In this document: in pieces, positions 27,405 to 36,791 of the stretch
Layout of the letters: every line of letters begins with the position of its first letter
How positions within the stretch are numbered: the stretch's first letter is position 1
NCBI GenBank assembly: GCA_009784815.1
Contig: WQXN01000003.1
Location: 1-63,854 of the forward strand
Direction of reading: 5' to 3'
DNA length: 63,854 nt
Source: Alphaproteobacteria bacterium
GTDB taxonomy: Bacteria > Pseudomonadota > Alphaproteobacteria > Rs-D84
Notes under the pieces: generated by a model
The model's input: the letters and a program-made list of their open reading frames with translations, nothing else
Database searches by the model: none
Told to the model about the DNA's origin: nothing
Position numbers and translations under genes: made by a program

Positions 27405-28259
27405 TTATCCTTTCACAATCCCGGCGAATTTTTCCTTAACCAAATCCTTCATAGTGAAAATCCCGCTTTTTCCCCGAATAAACTCCACTGCTTCTCCGGC
27501 TCCCGCTGCGAAATGCGTGCGTCCCAAGGACTCGTGTATGATTATTATGCGCTGCATACCGTCATCGAATGTTATTGTGTGCTTTCCAAAAACGCTTCCA
27601 AAGCGTCCCGATACTATCTGAATCTGACACGGCTTTATCTTGTCTTTTCCGTTGGTGTTTCCTTCCAACACTTCGGTCTTGCTCGTCATGCCCCCCATAA
27701 TTACATTGGCCATTTCATTGGCGGTACCGGAAGGGTTGTCCACTTTGTCTTTGTGATGTTCTTCTAAAATCTGCACATCGAAACCTCCGACTGCGTTCAC
27801 AAGCTTCGCGGCCACCTCAAGAATTGAATACGCAGCCTGCGTTCCTATGGAAAAGTTTCCTGCATATATAAGACCGACACCGGCGTCGTTTACGGTTTTG
27901 ACCACTTGCTCAAGCTTTTCTTTCTTCTTGAACCAACCGGTGGTACCGACTACTACCTGCTTTTTGAACTTTGCATAAAGATTTATATTTTCCATAAACG
28001 CATCCTCGGACGAGAAATCGACTATCGCCGCATAACGATTTTGGCACGCGGAATCATACGAATCTCTTTCGACATAAAGCGCGTTCTCAAGATATTTTAT
28101 AGACTGTTCCTGACCTGCGGACGCGGTATATTTTGGATCAAACCCATTTACATAGTACCCGTTTTTCTTGGCATATTCTGCAAACGCGCCGCCCATTCTT
28201 CCGGCAGCTCCAACCACTATAATTTCTTTATTAAGCTCTTGATTGTTAACATCCGTCAT
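27405..28259 (-). CDS. dapB: 4-hydroxy-tetrahydrodipicolinate reductase
   Basis: GAAGRMG, VDFS, VVGTTG, NFSIG, EEHHKDKVDNPSGTA, FAAGA. Confidence 0.93.
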   Translation of the reverse strand: MTDVNNQELNKEIIVVGAAGRMGGAFAEYAKKNGYYVNGFDPKYTASAGQEQSIKYLENALYVERDSYDSACQNRYAAIVDFSSEDAFMENINLYAKFKKQVVVGTTGWFKKKEKLEQVVKTVNDAGVGLIYAGNFSIGTQAAYSILEVAAKLVNAVGGFDVQILEEHHKDKVDNPSGTANEMANVIMGGMTSKTEVLEGNTNGKDKIKPCQIQIVSGRFGSVFGKHTITFDDGMQRIIIIHESLGRTHFAAGAGEAVEFIRGKSGIFTMKDLVKEKFAGIVKG

Positions 28260-28330
28260 GACCGATCCTTTTGATTTTTTGTTTTACACAAGGCCAGTCT
28301 ACCCCCCCCCGCAACGTTTTGTCAATCAAT

Positions 28331-28681
28331 TTATAAATAATTCTTAAAATGCTTAACGCGCCATCCGCTAACTACGATCACATCAAACCTAGCATTAAAC
28401 CCGCGCCCATTCCTTGCCATCCAAACTTCCGCCGCCCGTCGCAATCTAGTCCTCCCGGTCGGCGTCACCGCAAACAATCCTTCATTGACCGAGCGTCGAC
28501 TCTTGACCTCGACAAAAACTATAACATCGCCGCGCCGTGCGATTATGTCGATTTCGCTACATCCCAAGCCTGCGCCAGTCTGAAACCTTCTTTCTAAAAT
28601 CGAATATCCCTTTAGCCGCAACAACCCTACGGCCACCCGCTCTGCCCACAAACCCTTTTTATATCTCTTCAACCTATCCAT
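28331..28681 (-). CDS. YraN-family putative endonuclease
   Basis: G..AE..A...L..KGY.ILER, EIDIIA, FVEVKSR, RFDVI. Confidence 0.9.
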   Translation of the reverse strand: MDRLKRYKKGLWAERVAVGLLRLKGYSILERRFQTGAGLGCSEIDIIARRGDVIVFVEVKSRRSVNEGLFAVTPTGRTRLRRAAEVWMARNGRGFNARFDVIVVSGWRVKHFKNYL

Positions 28682-28695
28682 ATATATCTCCAATA

Positions 28696-28863
28696 AATAA
28701 TCTCAAAACCCATTAGTCGCATCGCGTTTTCGATGAATAATCGTCCAATACCAAGGAAAACGAACCCGCGCCTGGACTGTAATGCCTCCGCAAGGGTTCG
28801 TTTTCCGAAGCGTAGTGGATGATTAGGCGCGAAAACGAAATATGCGACTTATGGGTTTTGACC
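28696..28863 (+). repeat. Long palindromic RPE-like element
   Basis: Stem GGAAAACGAACCC/GGGTTCGTTTTCC; tip CTGGACTGTAATGCCTCCG. Confidence 0.88.
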
Positions 28864-28871
28864 TTCTTTAT

Positions 28872-29741
28872 TTAGAAAGAATAAGGTCTCGACCTGAACC
28901 TATCGCGCGAATCCTCCCAATTCCTGATTTCATCTTCGCTATTAGCCGCTGGGTCAACCAATATAAGTTCGCCATACAAAGCCGTCATAAAAGGATCCGA
29001 AGGGTTATCTGACGATACCCACCTGTTGTTTCCCGAATTCGGCGGGCCGTATTTTTCCAACACCATCTGCCAAAACGCAAGTATCTTTTTGTCTCGCTGA
29101 TTTGCGAATTTCGGATCGTCTCCCGGAATAAGATCGACATCGTTGGAATAGTGAATCTTCCACACGACGTTTCCTGTGGCGTTGGAAGTAAAATACACGT
29201 TTATCTTTTCGCCGGTCGAAGGCCTCTCAAGCCTCATTTCTGACGGATACAGAAATCCGCGTTTTCGTGCGGCGGTATTTATGCACATTTCCAATTCTGC
29301 GGGCGCAAAAACCCGTTGCAATCGGCATTCGTAATCCAAATTGAACCGCCATTCTTTCGGGATGGAATATATTATGGAACTGCGCCTCGCTGGGGAATAA
29401 ATTGCCGCCTCGCGGAAGAATAATATGCGAACGGACTCGAAAGTCATTCCGATCATTATGCCGGATATGTCGAAATCGTTTACGTTTATAAATGACGAGT
29501 TTGCATTAAGAGCAAACCTTGTGGGCAAAGCTTCGAAATCGAAGGCGCGGTCTTGCGTTGAAATATCTCCGGTCAATAAATCATCGGCGGGCGCGCCGAA
29601 AAAGGACGGGGCGGCAAACAGCCCGGCATCTCCAAGCCACGGGTCGCTTCCATCGTCCCAAAATTCTTCCGCGCGCGGCGCCGCGGCGATAAAAACCACC
29701 ATAACAAATATGCTAAAAAACTTCACCAATCCCTTACCCAT
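28872..29741 (-). CDS. Hypothetical secreted protein
   Basis: Signal peptide, 289 aa. Confidence 0.7.
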   Translation of the reverse strand: MGKGLVKFFSIFVMVVFIAAAPRAEEFWDDGSDPWLGDAGLFAAPSFFGAPADDLLTGDISTQDRAFDFEALPTRFALNANSSFINVNDFDISGIMIGMTFESVRILFFREAAIYSPARRSSIIYSIPKEWRFNLDYECRLQRVFAPAELEMCINTAARKRGFLYPSEMRLERPSTGEKINVYFTSNATGNVVWKIHYSNDVDLIPGDDPKFANQRDKKILAFWQMVLEKYGPPNSGNNRWVSSDNPSDPFMTALYGELILVDPAANSEDEIRNWEDSRDRFRSRPYSF

Positions 29742-29781
29742 AATCCTATACTATCTTTTTTACCTTTCCCTTTGCAACCCA

Positions 29782-30035
29782 TAATCATCTCAAAAAATCC
29801 CATCTCGGTCGCAACGCCAACTAATAATAAATCCCAAAAACCATTCGTCGCATCGCGTTTTCGATGAATAATAATCTCAAAAAATCCCATCTCGGTCGCG
29901 TTTGCGAGGATAGATCGTCCAATACCAAGGAAAACGAACCCGCGCGTGTACGTCCAAGTACATAAGGGTTCGTTTTCCGAAGCGTAGTGGACGATCTAGA
30001 CCGCAAACGAAAAACCGAGATTGGATTTTTTGTCA
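29782..30035 (+). repeat. Stack of two left-end fragments plus one full long element
   Basis: Three successive TC(T/C)CAAAAA starts; right end TTTTTTGTCA supplies the TGA stop of the adjacent gene. Confidence 0.88.
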
Positions 30036-30659
30036 TCTCCTCACCCTAAAATCGCTGACCCTGAATTTGAATATGCGGGCGGCGTCACTACTTCTCCGCA
30101 ACTCTCTCTCCCAATTCTCGATCAACCCCGGCTCATACCTGACTTTTACATAAGCGACGCGAACTTCGGACCGCATACTATCGGGCCCGTCCCAAGTATC
30201 CAACCTGAATTCTACGCGGTAATATTCACCTTCCTGCGCAACGCTTATTACATGAACTGCGCGCATCCCCCGGCGGCTTGCTATGTCCTGAACCTCGGGC
30301 AATACTTCTTCGCGCCACACCCGTTCACCGCCCGAATCGGACATGAATCCTATGAACGAAGCCCGCCCTCCTGCCATACGCTCGGCGGCGTCCTGATTGT
30401 CTGGGATTACGCGATAAGCCTCAACGAACCAGCGCCGTATCAGCCAATCGATCATAGCATCATCGGAAATGTCGTCCAAAGGAACTATATCGGGCCGTCC
30501 CTCGGGATAGTTTGCGACCTGAAATACTACCGGCTCGACATCGGCCTTTGTTGAATAGGAATAAACAAAAGCAGCCAGCAGCATCGCGCCGATCGCCAAC
30601 GCGATTATGAATATATATATAAAAAACCTCACCAACCCGCTCATTCTCTTCAACTCCAA
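30033..30659 (-). CDS. VirB8-like protein
   Basis: Single N-terminal TM, then VEPVVF and a helix-then-strand pattern ending FKFRVSDF; next to virD4. Confidence 0.5.
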   Translation of the reverse strand: MELKRMSGLVRFFIYIFIIALAIGAMLLAAFVYSYSTKADVEPVVFQVANYPEGRPDIVPLDDISDDAMIDWLIRRWFVEAYRVIPDNQDAAERMAGGRASFIGFMSDSGGERVWREEVLPEVQDIASRRGMRAVHVISVAQEGEYYRVEFRLDTWDGPDSMRSEVRVAYVKVRYEPGLIENWERELRRSSDAARIFKFRVSDFRVRR

Positions 30660-30663
30660 ATTC

Positions 30664-30714
30664 TAATAGTCCCAAAAAATCCTAGAAATATCGCGTTTGC
30701 AGGATTTTTTGTCA
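30664..30714 (+). repeat. Mini copy of the long element
   Basis: TAATAGTCCCAAAAAATCCT...AGGATTTTTTGTCA; supplies a TGA stop. Confidence 0.75.
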
Positions 30715-31458
30715 TTCCGACTCCTTATAAAAGTATCTAAACTCACTAACGAACTGCCCCATGCTTCGGGGATATATATTATTGTTCGTGCTTACTCGAA
30801 CAAACGCAACTACCGGCCTTCGGCCTGCGGGAACCAACCGCGATCCTCCCTGGACGGAATATTCGGCGACTTCGAAATCAAGCCTCCACAAAGTCCCGCT
30901 TCCGGTAAATTCCGGGGCGGACAAAGGCGCGGCATATATTATTGCCTCTCCGGTCCTGCTGTCGACAGGAATGGACTGCGCCCTCCGTTCGTCGAACATC
31001 CGGCGCCAAGCGACAACTTCGCGGTTCATGAATCCGGCGAATATTTCGCTTGTGGTCATACAGCACAACTCGCCCTGAATATTTTCTTCAACCATCCCGC
31101 ATTTGTTAAGAACGCAAGTGCGCCAAAAAGCCTCGTTTGCGGCATGAAGATGAGATACGGAAAACCAGCGCCTAACAAATTCCCGCGCCACGAATTCCTG
31201 AGCGACATACTGCATCATGTTTCCGCTTTTTTGATCGTCCATTACGCGCCATACGCCGTCGTCCTTTGGCAGAATTACAACCATTGGATAAGACGATTTG
31301 TAAGACTTCGCAAAATATACGGCACCGGCCAGCGCGGCGGCCAGCGCGGCCAATCCAAGCAGCGCGATCGCGAACACGCGCGACAATTCTATATATTTAT
31401 TTTCCGGAGCGGTGGCAATATCATACCTCTGCGGATACTCCGGGCTTTCCCAAGCCAT
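30712..31458 (-). CDS. VirB8-like protein, second paralog
   Basis: Single TM, EFVAREFVRRWF, C-terminal P.SMGQFVSEF resembling the NPxG region. Confidence 0.5.
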   Translation of the reverse strand: MAWESPEYPQRYDIATAPENKYIELSRVFAIALLGLAALAAALAGAVYFAKSYKSSYPMVVILPKDDGVWRVMDDQKSGNMMQYVAQEFVAREFVRRWFSVSHLHAANEAFWRTCVLNKCGMVEENIQGELCCMTTSEIFAGFMNREVVAWRRMFDERRAQSIPVDSRTGEAIIYAAPLSAPEFTGSGTLWRLDFEVAEYSVQGGSRLVPAGRRPVVAFVRVSTNNNIYPRSMGQFVSEFRYFYKESE

Positions 31459-31473
31459 TTTTTCTCCCTCCAA

Positions 31474-31630
31474 AATAACTCAAAAAATGCTAGGAAATCA
31501 GAGCCTATGAAAAATCATTCAGAACCAAGAAAACCCGACCGGAACGTGGACGCCTAAGTCCCTGTAGGGAGGGCTTTCGAAGGTAATCAATGATTTTTCA
31601 TGGCGATTGAAATTTCCAGCATTTTTTGTC
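31474..31630 (+). repeat. Long palindromic RPE-like element
   Basis: Outer stem shared with the 31838 copy; tip GGACGCCTAAGTCC. Confidence 0.88.
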
Positions 31631-31632
31631 CT

Positions 31633-31779
31633 TTATCCTTGGAACACTCTCAAGCACGCGCACGGGGATATTTTCATCTCGTCCCGTCCTGGCCCTATTC
31701 CGACCGGATCTTTTTCATAAATCGTTCCGCATCCTGCAACCAAAGCACCCAACAAAAGCACTAATAGAAATCTTTTCAT
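31633..31779 (-). CDS. Small lipoprotein, VirB7-like
   Basis: Lipobox VAGC, C-terminal KISPCAC; AAGGAG SD. Confidence 0.6.
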   Translation of the reverse strand: MKRFLLVLLLGALVAGCGTIYEKDPVGIGPGRDEMKISPCACLRVFQG

Positions 31780-31837
31780 TTTGATTACTCCTTGACCCTT
31801 TCGTCCATTATAGAAATTCCACACAACCCGGTCAATT

Positions 31838-32000
31838 TAAAAAACTCAAAAAATGCTAGGAAATCCATAGCCTATGAAAAATCGTTCAGCGCCAAGAAAA
31901 AACCGACCCGAGTAGGCCTTATAGGTCGCCGCGACGGTCGGTTTCTTGCCGGCGATCAATGATTTTTCATGGCGATTGAAATTTCCAGCATTTTTTGTCA
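31838..32000 (+). repeat. Long palindromic RPE-like element
   Basis: Same outer arms as 31474 but with the TAGGCC-type tip. Confidence 0.88.
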
Positions 32001-32010
32001 TAATAGCACC

Positions 32011-34161
32011 ATGGCGAAGCTAAGTCTATTTTCAGCGTCCGGCAAAGGCAAAGGCCTGGGTATTTTCTCAAGCAAGAAATACGACGAGCACAAGCGCGCC
32101 CCAATGGCGCAAATGTTCTGGCGCGGCCGCTTTACGGTTACTATGCTTCTTCTTTTATTCGGAATGCTTGCGGCAAGCTTTGCGGCGGAACACGTGCTTC
32201 GTTACGGCTGGACTCCTGCGACGCAAGCCTGGCTAAGAATCTACATGGACAATTTCATAGGCTCGTTCGGTCTAAGCGTGTTTGCTGAATTCCCAAGCTG
32301 GGCTACGCGCACATTGCTAAGAACGGACATCTACACAATATTTCCTGTGATCTCGTTCATAGCGTTTTTCGCTTTGCATAACAATGCGTTTATCTCTGAA
32401 TTTAATCCTTATGACGGAGATGCGCTATCCAAAAAATCCAGTCGCAAAGCCACCGAAGCGGACGTGAAAAAAATGGGCACCAAGGGCGGCAGTCTGTTCG
32501 AAGGCTTTATGATGGTGCTGGGCAAATTCAAAGGCAAGTTTGTAAAGCTGAACGAAACCTTGTCCGTGCTTTGCGTCGCGCCTCCTGGAACTGGTAAAAC
32601 TACCGGTATCGTTATGCCGACTCTGTTTGAATGCGACACGGTTTCTATGATAGTGAACGATCCAAAGCCTGAAATCGCGAAATTAACAAGCGGCTATCGT
32701 TCGACTATCGGCCCTGTGTTTATAATAGACTGGGCTGGCCAGGACGATCCGTCCCGGGGAATATACTACCCGTCGTGGAATCCTCTTTCTCCGTCGCACA
32801 TCCCAACCGACATGTCCGAGCGCGAGCTCTACGTAGACACGATCTGCAACGTCATGATCGGCGAAACCTCCAAAGAAATGCACTGGACTCTGACCGGCCG
32901 CGCGGCGCTAAGCGGATTTATACACTTCATGGTGTCCAAGATCGAACGTGCCCGCGCCAACGACTGGTTCCTTGCCAGAATCCGAAGCCAAACTTTTGAC
33001 GCCGAGGACGCCGACCTTCTGGCCACCTACTACGAGCCTATGTTCGACCCAAACTCTCAAGCGGCGCTGAACGCGCTCCAAGCGGGGCAAAAAATGACCG
33101 AAGCGAATTACGTCCCGATCGGAACCTGGGCCTCGATCCCGAAACAGTGGCTGGGAAAAGAAGCCTCTCTTTCGATGATTTTTGACTGGATCAACACGTC
33201 CCAGCTGGAAGTCGCCGCCAAAATGGAGGCGCGAAGGAAACAAGGCGACCAAATGGTTGCGTTGGAAGACAGCATGAAGGAAGTGTTTCAAATTGCCGTG
33301 AACGAGGCTCGTCAGTTTAACTACGCGCACCGCGCGGTGCTGGAACTTACGCAGATCGCTAACACTCCTGACAAGGAACGTGGTTCTATCCTGTCTACGG
33401 TCTTCTCAAGCCTTGGCATATTCAGGAACTCTGCGGTGCGTGCAAGAACCAGTCACTCGGACTTCAACTTCAGGGATCTGCGCGGCATGGTGGACCCGAA
33501 GGACGGCAAAATGAAGCCCGTTACGGTCTACCTTTCGGTTAATCAGGTGGACGCTCTTGCGCTTAATCCGATCACTGGAATATTTGTGGAATTGATGTCG
33601 AACTTTCTTATTTCGAATCCGCCTGAAACTCCGACGGCGGAAGGCAAGCTGGGTCCGACTCCGGTGCTGTTTGTCTTGGACGAATTTCCGAAAATGGTGA
33701 AACTGAACGCGGTCGTCGAAGGTCCTTCGGTCGGCCGCGGCCAGCAGGTTTCGTACCTTATGATCGGCCAGGATTTGGAACAGATTGCGGCTGGCTACAG
33801 CCGCGAAGCGATGGAAACTTTGATGTCCACTACTGCGGCGAAAATCGTGCTTCGCCAGAACAGCATGAAGACGGCGGAATTCTTCTCGCACATGATGGGC
33901 GACAAGGTCGAACTGGACGACGAAGGCAAAGCGAAAACCCCCTCTCCTCTCTATTCTCCGATGGACATAATAACGCTGGATCCGAAAAAGGAAATTATCA
34001 TAGTGCAGGGCCACGCGAACAGACCTATCGAAGCGGATCTTGCCTATTGGTTTAACGACGACGGTCTTAAGAAAAAACAGGCAGTCCCGGCCAGCAGCGC
34101 GCTTCCCGAATTTCTTATCGACAGTCACCGTCGCGCGATCGGCCTCCCCCCATTAAAATGA
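32011..34161 (+). CDS. virD4: Type IV secretion coupling protein VirD4/TraG
   Basis: N-terminal TMs, VAPPGTGKTTGIVMP, VNDPKPE, WNPL, SDF.FRDLR, LFVLDEFP, QDLEQI. Confidence 0.92.
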   Translation: MAKLSLFSASGKGKGLGIFSSKKYDEHKRAPMAQMFWRGRFTVTMLLLLFGMLAASFAAEHVLRYGWTPATQAWLRIYMDNFIGSFGLSVFAEFPSWATRTLLRTDIYTIFPVISFIAFFALHNNAFISEFNPYDGDALSKKSSRKATEADVKKMGTKGGSLFEGFMMVLGKFKGKFVKLNETLSVLCVAPPGTGKTTGIVMPTLFECDTVSMIVNDPKPEIAKLTSGYRSTIGPVFIIDWAGQDDPSRGIYYPSWNPLSPSHIPTDMSERELYVDTICNVMIGETSKEMHWTLTGRAALSGFIHFMVSKIERARANDWFLARIRSQTFDAEDADLLATYYEPMFDPNSQAALNALQAGQKMTEANYVPIGTWASIPKQWLGKEASLSMIFDWINTSQLEVAAKMEARRKQGDQMVALEDSMKEVFQIAVNEARQFNYAHRAVLELTQIANTPDKERGSILSTVFSSLGIFRNSAVRARTSHSDFNFRDLRGMVDPKDGKMKPVTVYLSVNQVDALALNPITGIFVELMSNFLISNPPETPTAEGKLGPTPVLFVLDEFPKMVKLNAVVEGPSVGRGQQVSYLMIGQDLEQIAAGYSREAMETLMSTTAAKIVLRQNSMKTAEFFSHMMGDKVELDDEGKAKTPSPLYSPMDIITLDPKKEIIIVQGHANRPIEADLAYWFNDDGLKKKQAVPASSALPEFLIDSHRRAIGLPPLK

Positions 34162-34211
34162 TAATAATTTTATCCATCCGTAAGGAACACTCCGCCCTTC
34201 CCACGCACCAA

Positions 34212-34385
34212 TAAACAATCCCAAAAACCATTCGGTGTGTCGCGACGTCGAGAAAAAATCGCACAATACCAAGAAAGACCGACTGCCATAGGCCTTTATG
34301 GCTGCCATGGCGTGTCGGTCTTTCGAAGCGTAGTGGGTGATTTTATCCGACGGACGAAAAACACACCAAATGGTTTTTGTCCTTA
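34212..34385 (+). repeat. Long palindromic RPE-like element
   Basis: Near-identical to 18161-18327. Confidence 0.9.
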
Positions 34386-34390
34386 TTCTG

Positions 34391-35455
34391 TTACCCTAAA
34401 AACACTCCCAAACCTCTGGCGGCTTTAAGGAAAGGATCATCCTCGGATACTACGTCATACGTGACGGTCATATTGGAAACGTTGGGATCGTTAGTGGTGA
34501 TTCCGGCGTCATAAAGCTCGTCTATTCCGACGGTGGTTATCTCGCTGGTTTCGTCGCGTCGAACCATGACCATGGTCTCTCCGCGATCCAAAGCGTCCAA
34601 AGCTGCGGTTGCGAACTCGGCGGCCAACAATCGGTCCGAAGCTACGCTTATGCCGCCGCGCTGAAAGTAATCGGCGTTGCAAGCCCGTCCCTGGAATCCG
34701 GCGCCTTCCAGCGCGGCGGCTATCTCTTCAACCTTAAGATCGCTTCCCTCGGCTACGACTATTATGCCGAAACTGCGCCCTGTGCCTTTTACGAACGACA
34801 CAAGATCTCTCAGCTGCACGTCTATCTCGGGCAATATTATTGCGTCGGCGCCTGCGGCCATTCCTCCGCGCAAAGCCAAATGCCCCGAGTTACGTCCCAT
34901 AGCCTTCACAACGAACCACCGGCGATGGCTGCGCGCGGATTGTGCTATGCCGTCTATATACAAGGACAATTGATTGACTGCCGTATTGAACCCGACGGTG
35001 TTTTTGGTCATGGGAACATCCATGTCTATCGTCTTGGGAATATATACGGTCTGCATACCGGCGAACAGCTCGGGCGCGGAATGAAGCCACGACACGGACC
35101 CGTTTCCTCCGATCATTACAACGCAATCGGCCTTGATTTTTGCAATGCCTTCCTTTAACTTGAAGTACACAGGGGTAGTCTTGCTTCCGTCCCAAGTCAT
35201 TTCCTTCCTAGCGCAAACGTCTTTGTACACGACGCTTCCTATGAACGATCCGGCCATATTGATCGCGGAATAAGGAAATGTTTCGCGGTTAAGCGGAATA
35301 TTTTCTCCGGTAATGAATCCGTCCGTGCCGTTCATTATGCCGACAAGCTCCCAGTTCCGCACCTCGCAGGCGCGAATTAAACTGAACAGCGTCGAATTAA
35401 GACCGGAACAATCTCCTCCGGTAGTAAGCACCGCCACCCTTTTTCTTTTACCCAT
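34391..35455 (-). CDS. pfkA: 6-phosphofructokinase family protein
   Basis: LTTGGDCSGLN, IGGNGS, PKTIDMD, MGRNSG, VAEG, QRGG. Confidence 0.85.
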   Translation of the reverse strand: MGKRKRVAVLTTGGDCSGLNSTLFSLIRACEVRNWELVGIMNGTDGFITGENIPLNRETFPYSAINMAGSFIGSVVYKDVCARKEMTWDGSKTTPVYFKLKEGIAKIKADCVVMIGGNGSVSWLHSAPELFAGMQTVYIPKTIDMDVPMTKNTVGFNTAVNQLSLYIDGIAQSARSHRRWFVVKAMGRNSGHLALRGGMAAGADAIILPEIDVQLRDLVSFVKGTGRSFGIIVVAEGSDLKVEEIAAALEGAGFQGRACNADYFQRGGISVASDRLLAAEFATAALDALDRGETMVMVRRDETSEITTVGIDELYDAGITTNDPNVSNMTVTYDVVSEDDPFLKAARGLGVFLG

Positions 35456-35567
35456 TTCTATTTCTCCTTAAATCGTATCATTTTCCATCCTACCACATTT
35501 CACTTGACAAAACGTCATATTTTTGTGAAACTGTGGCTATAATTCAAACGAATCGAAGGGACCGATC

Positions 35568-36707
35568 ATGACCTCAACCAATAATAACAACAACGGCAAA
35601 CAGTTTAACGCGCGCCTTCTTCAAACTCGCCTTGCCGCGATGAAGGCCGAAAACAAACAACCCGCCGCCCAGACCGCTGCTCCGAAACCGGAAGCGAAAG
35701 ATACAAAGGACGCCAAGCCGGAAACGAAAACGGCTGCTCCGGCGCAACCTAAAGAAATTCGCGTGAACCCGCTTACGCAGGCTTTGCGCAAAGCGCATAT
35801 CAATCCTAAATCCTGGCGCAACATTTTGGCCTACTGGTTTCCGATAGTCATAGTTGTCGGCCTTGCTGCTTTTGCGATTTATCATTTCAGCGGCTGCCAG
35901 CGCAAACCGTCTGACAACGTGACCGTTATGAACGAACAACAGCTTCCCGAATTCGACATGGTCCGCACTCAGCCGGGCGGCGGCCTTGTTGTCGCTGGAA
36001 GATTTATCCCTGGCGCGGTCGTCCAGATTGAAGTTAACAAGAAAGTTATCGGTCGTGAAACCTGCAGCAGGAAAGGCGAATTCGCATTCAGCACTTCGTC
36101 CAAGTTCAAGCCGGGCAACTACATAGTAAGACTTCTCTCGGAAGATGGCAATCTCGCCAGCAAAGACTCGGTGTTCGTATACATCGCGTCTGAAAAGGAC
36201 GGAGCAAGCCTGTCCCTGCTAATGACGGAAAGCGGATCGAAATTCCTGCAAGCTCCGAAATCCAGCGACAACGCGCTAAGCATCACCAAGATCGACTACT
36301 TCGCTCGCGGCCGCCTGCGCATCCAGGGTCAGGGCCTCCCAAGGCTGAACGTCGGCGCGACTTTCAACGGTCAACCGATCGGCGCCGGCAAAGTTGCGGA
36401 CAACAGAACCTTTGGTTTCGACGCGACCTTCAACGACTTCCAGGCGAACAAGAACTACACCATCGAAATTAAAATGACGGACGATCTTGGGAACGTTGTG
36501 GACGTGGTAAGCCACAGCTTCAATATGCCTGAAAGCAAACCGGGCGAAGCGGCCTACTACACGGTCAAAAAAGGCGACAACCTCTGGGTCATCTCTCGCC
36601 GTCATTACGGACGCGGAATCCTGTACACGCAGATCTTTGACGCGAACAGGAAAAAGATCAAAGATCCTCACTGGATCTTCCCGAAACAGATCTTCCTAAT
36701 CCCGTAA
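35568..36707 (+). CDS. Membrane-anchored LysM domain protein
   Basis: TM helix, Ig-like segments, C-terminal YTVKKGDNLWVISRRHYG...IKDPHWIFPKQ. Confidence 0.88.
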   Translation: MTSTNNNNNGKQFNARLLQTRLAAMKAENKQPAAQTAAPKPEAKDTKDAKPETKTAAPAQPKEIRVNPLTQALRKAHINPKSWRNILAYWFPIVIVVGLAAFAIYHFSGCQRKPSDNVTVMNEQQLPEFDMVRTQPGGGLVVAGRFIPGAVVQIEVNKKVIGRETCSRKGEFAFSTSSKFKPGNYIVRLLSEDGNLASKDSVFVYIASEKDGASLSLLMTESGSKFLQAPKSSDNALSITKIDYFARGRLRIQGQGLPRLNVGATFNGQPIGAGKVADNRTFGFDATFNDFQANKNYTIEIKMTDDLGNVVDVVSHSFNMPESKPGEAAYYTVKKGDNLWVISRRHYGRGILYTQIFDANRKKIKDPHWIFPKQIFLIP

Positions 36708-36726
36708 TGGATCAAGCACAAAAAAT

Positions 36727-36757
36727 AAGACCCTGCGGCTTGACCGCGGGGTCTTGT
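36727..36757 (+). terminator. REP-like hairpin/terminator
   Basis: AAGACCCTGCGG-CTTGA-CCGCGGGGTCTT. Confidence 0.6.
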
Positions 36758-36791
36758 CATTTTATAATCTCCTCCACACGAAGGAACTTTA

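Noticed and set aside
31969-32010. Upstream starts given by the ORF track for virD4 and for the ORFs at 5867, 11831, 50428 and 61255
   Set aside because: These extensions run through repeats, promoters or upstream genes; downstream ATGs fit better.
18179-34428. Duplicated ORFs starting MSRRREKIAQYQ (18179, 34237) and similar ORFs at 6762, 29821 and 43537-43960
   Set aside because: These are translations of the palindromic repeats, with no SD or protein motif.
34391-35455. Non-canonical PfkA motifs (GGNGS, TIDMD, DYFQRGG)
   Set aside because: The catalytic TID Asp, MGR and QR residues are retained, so a change of function cannot be supported from sequence alone.
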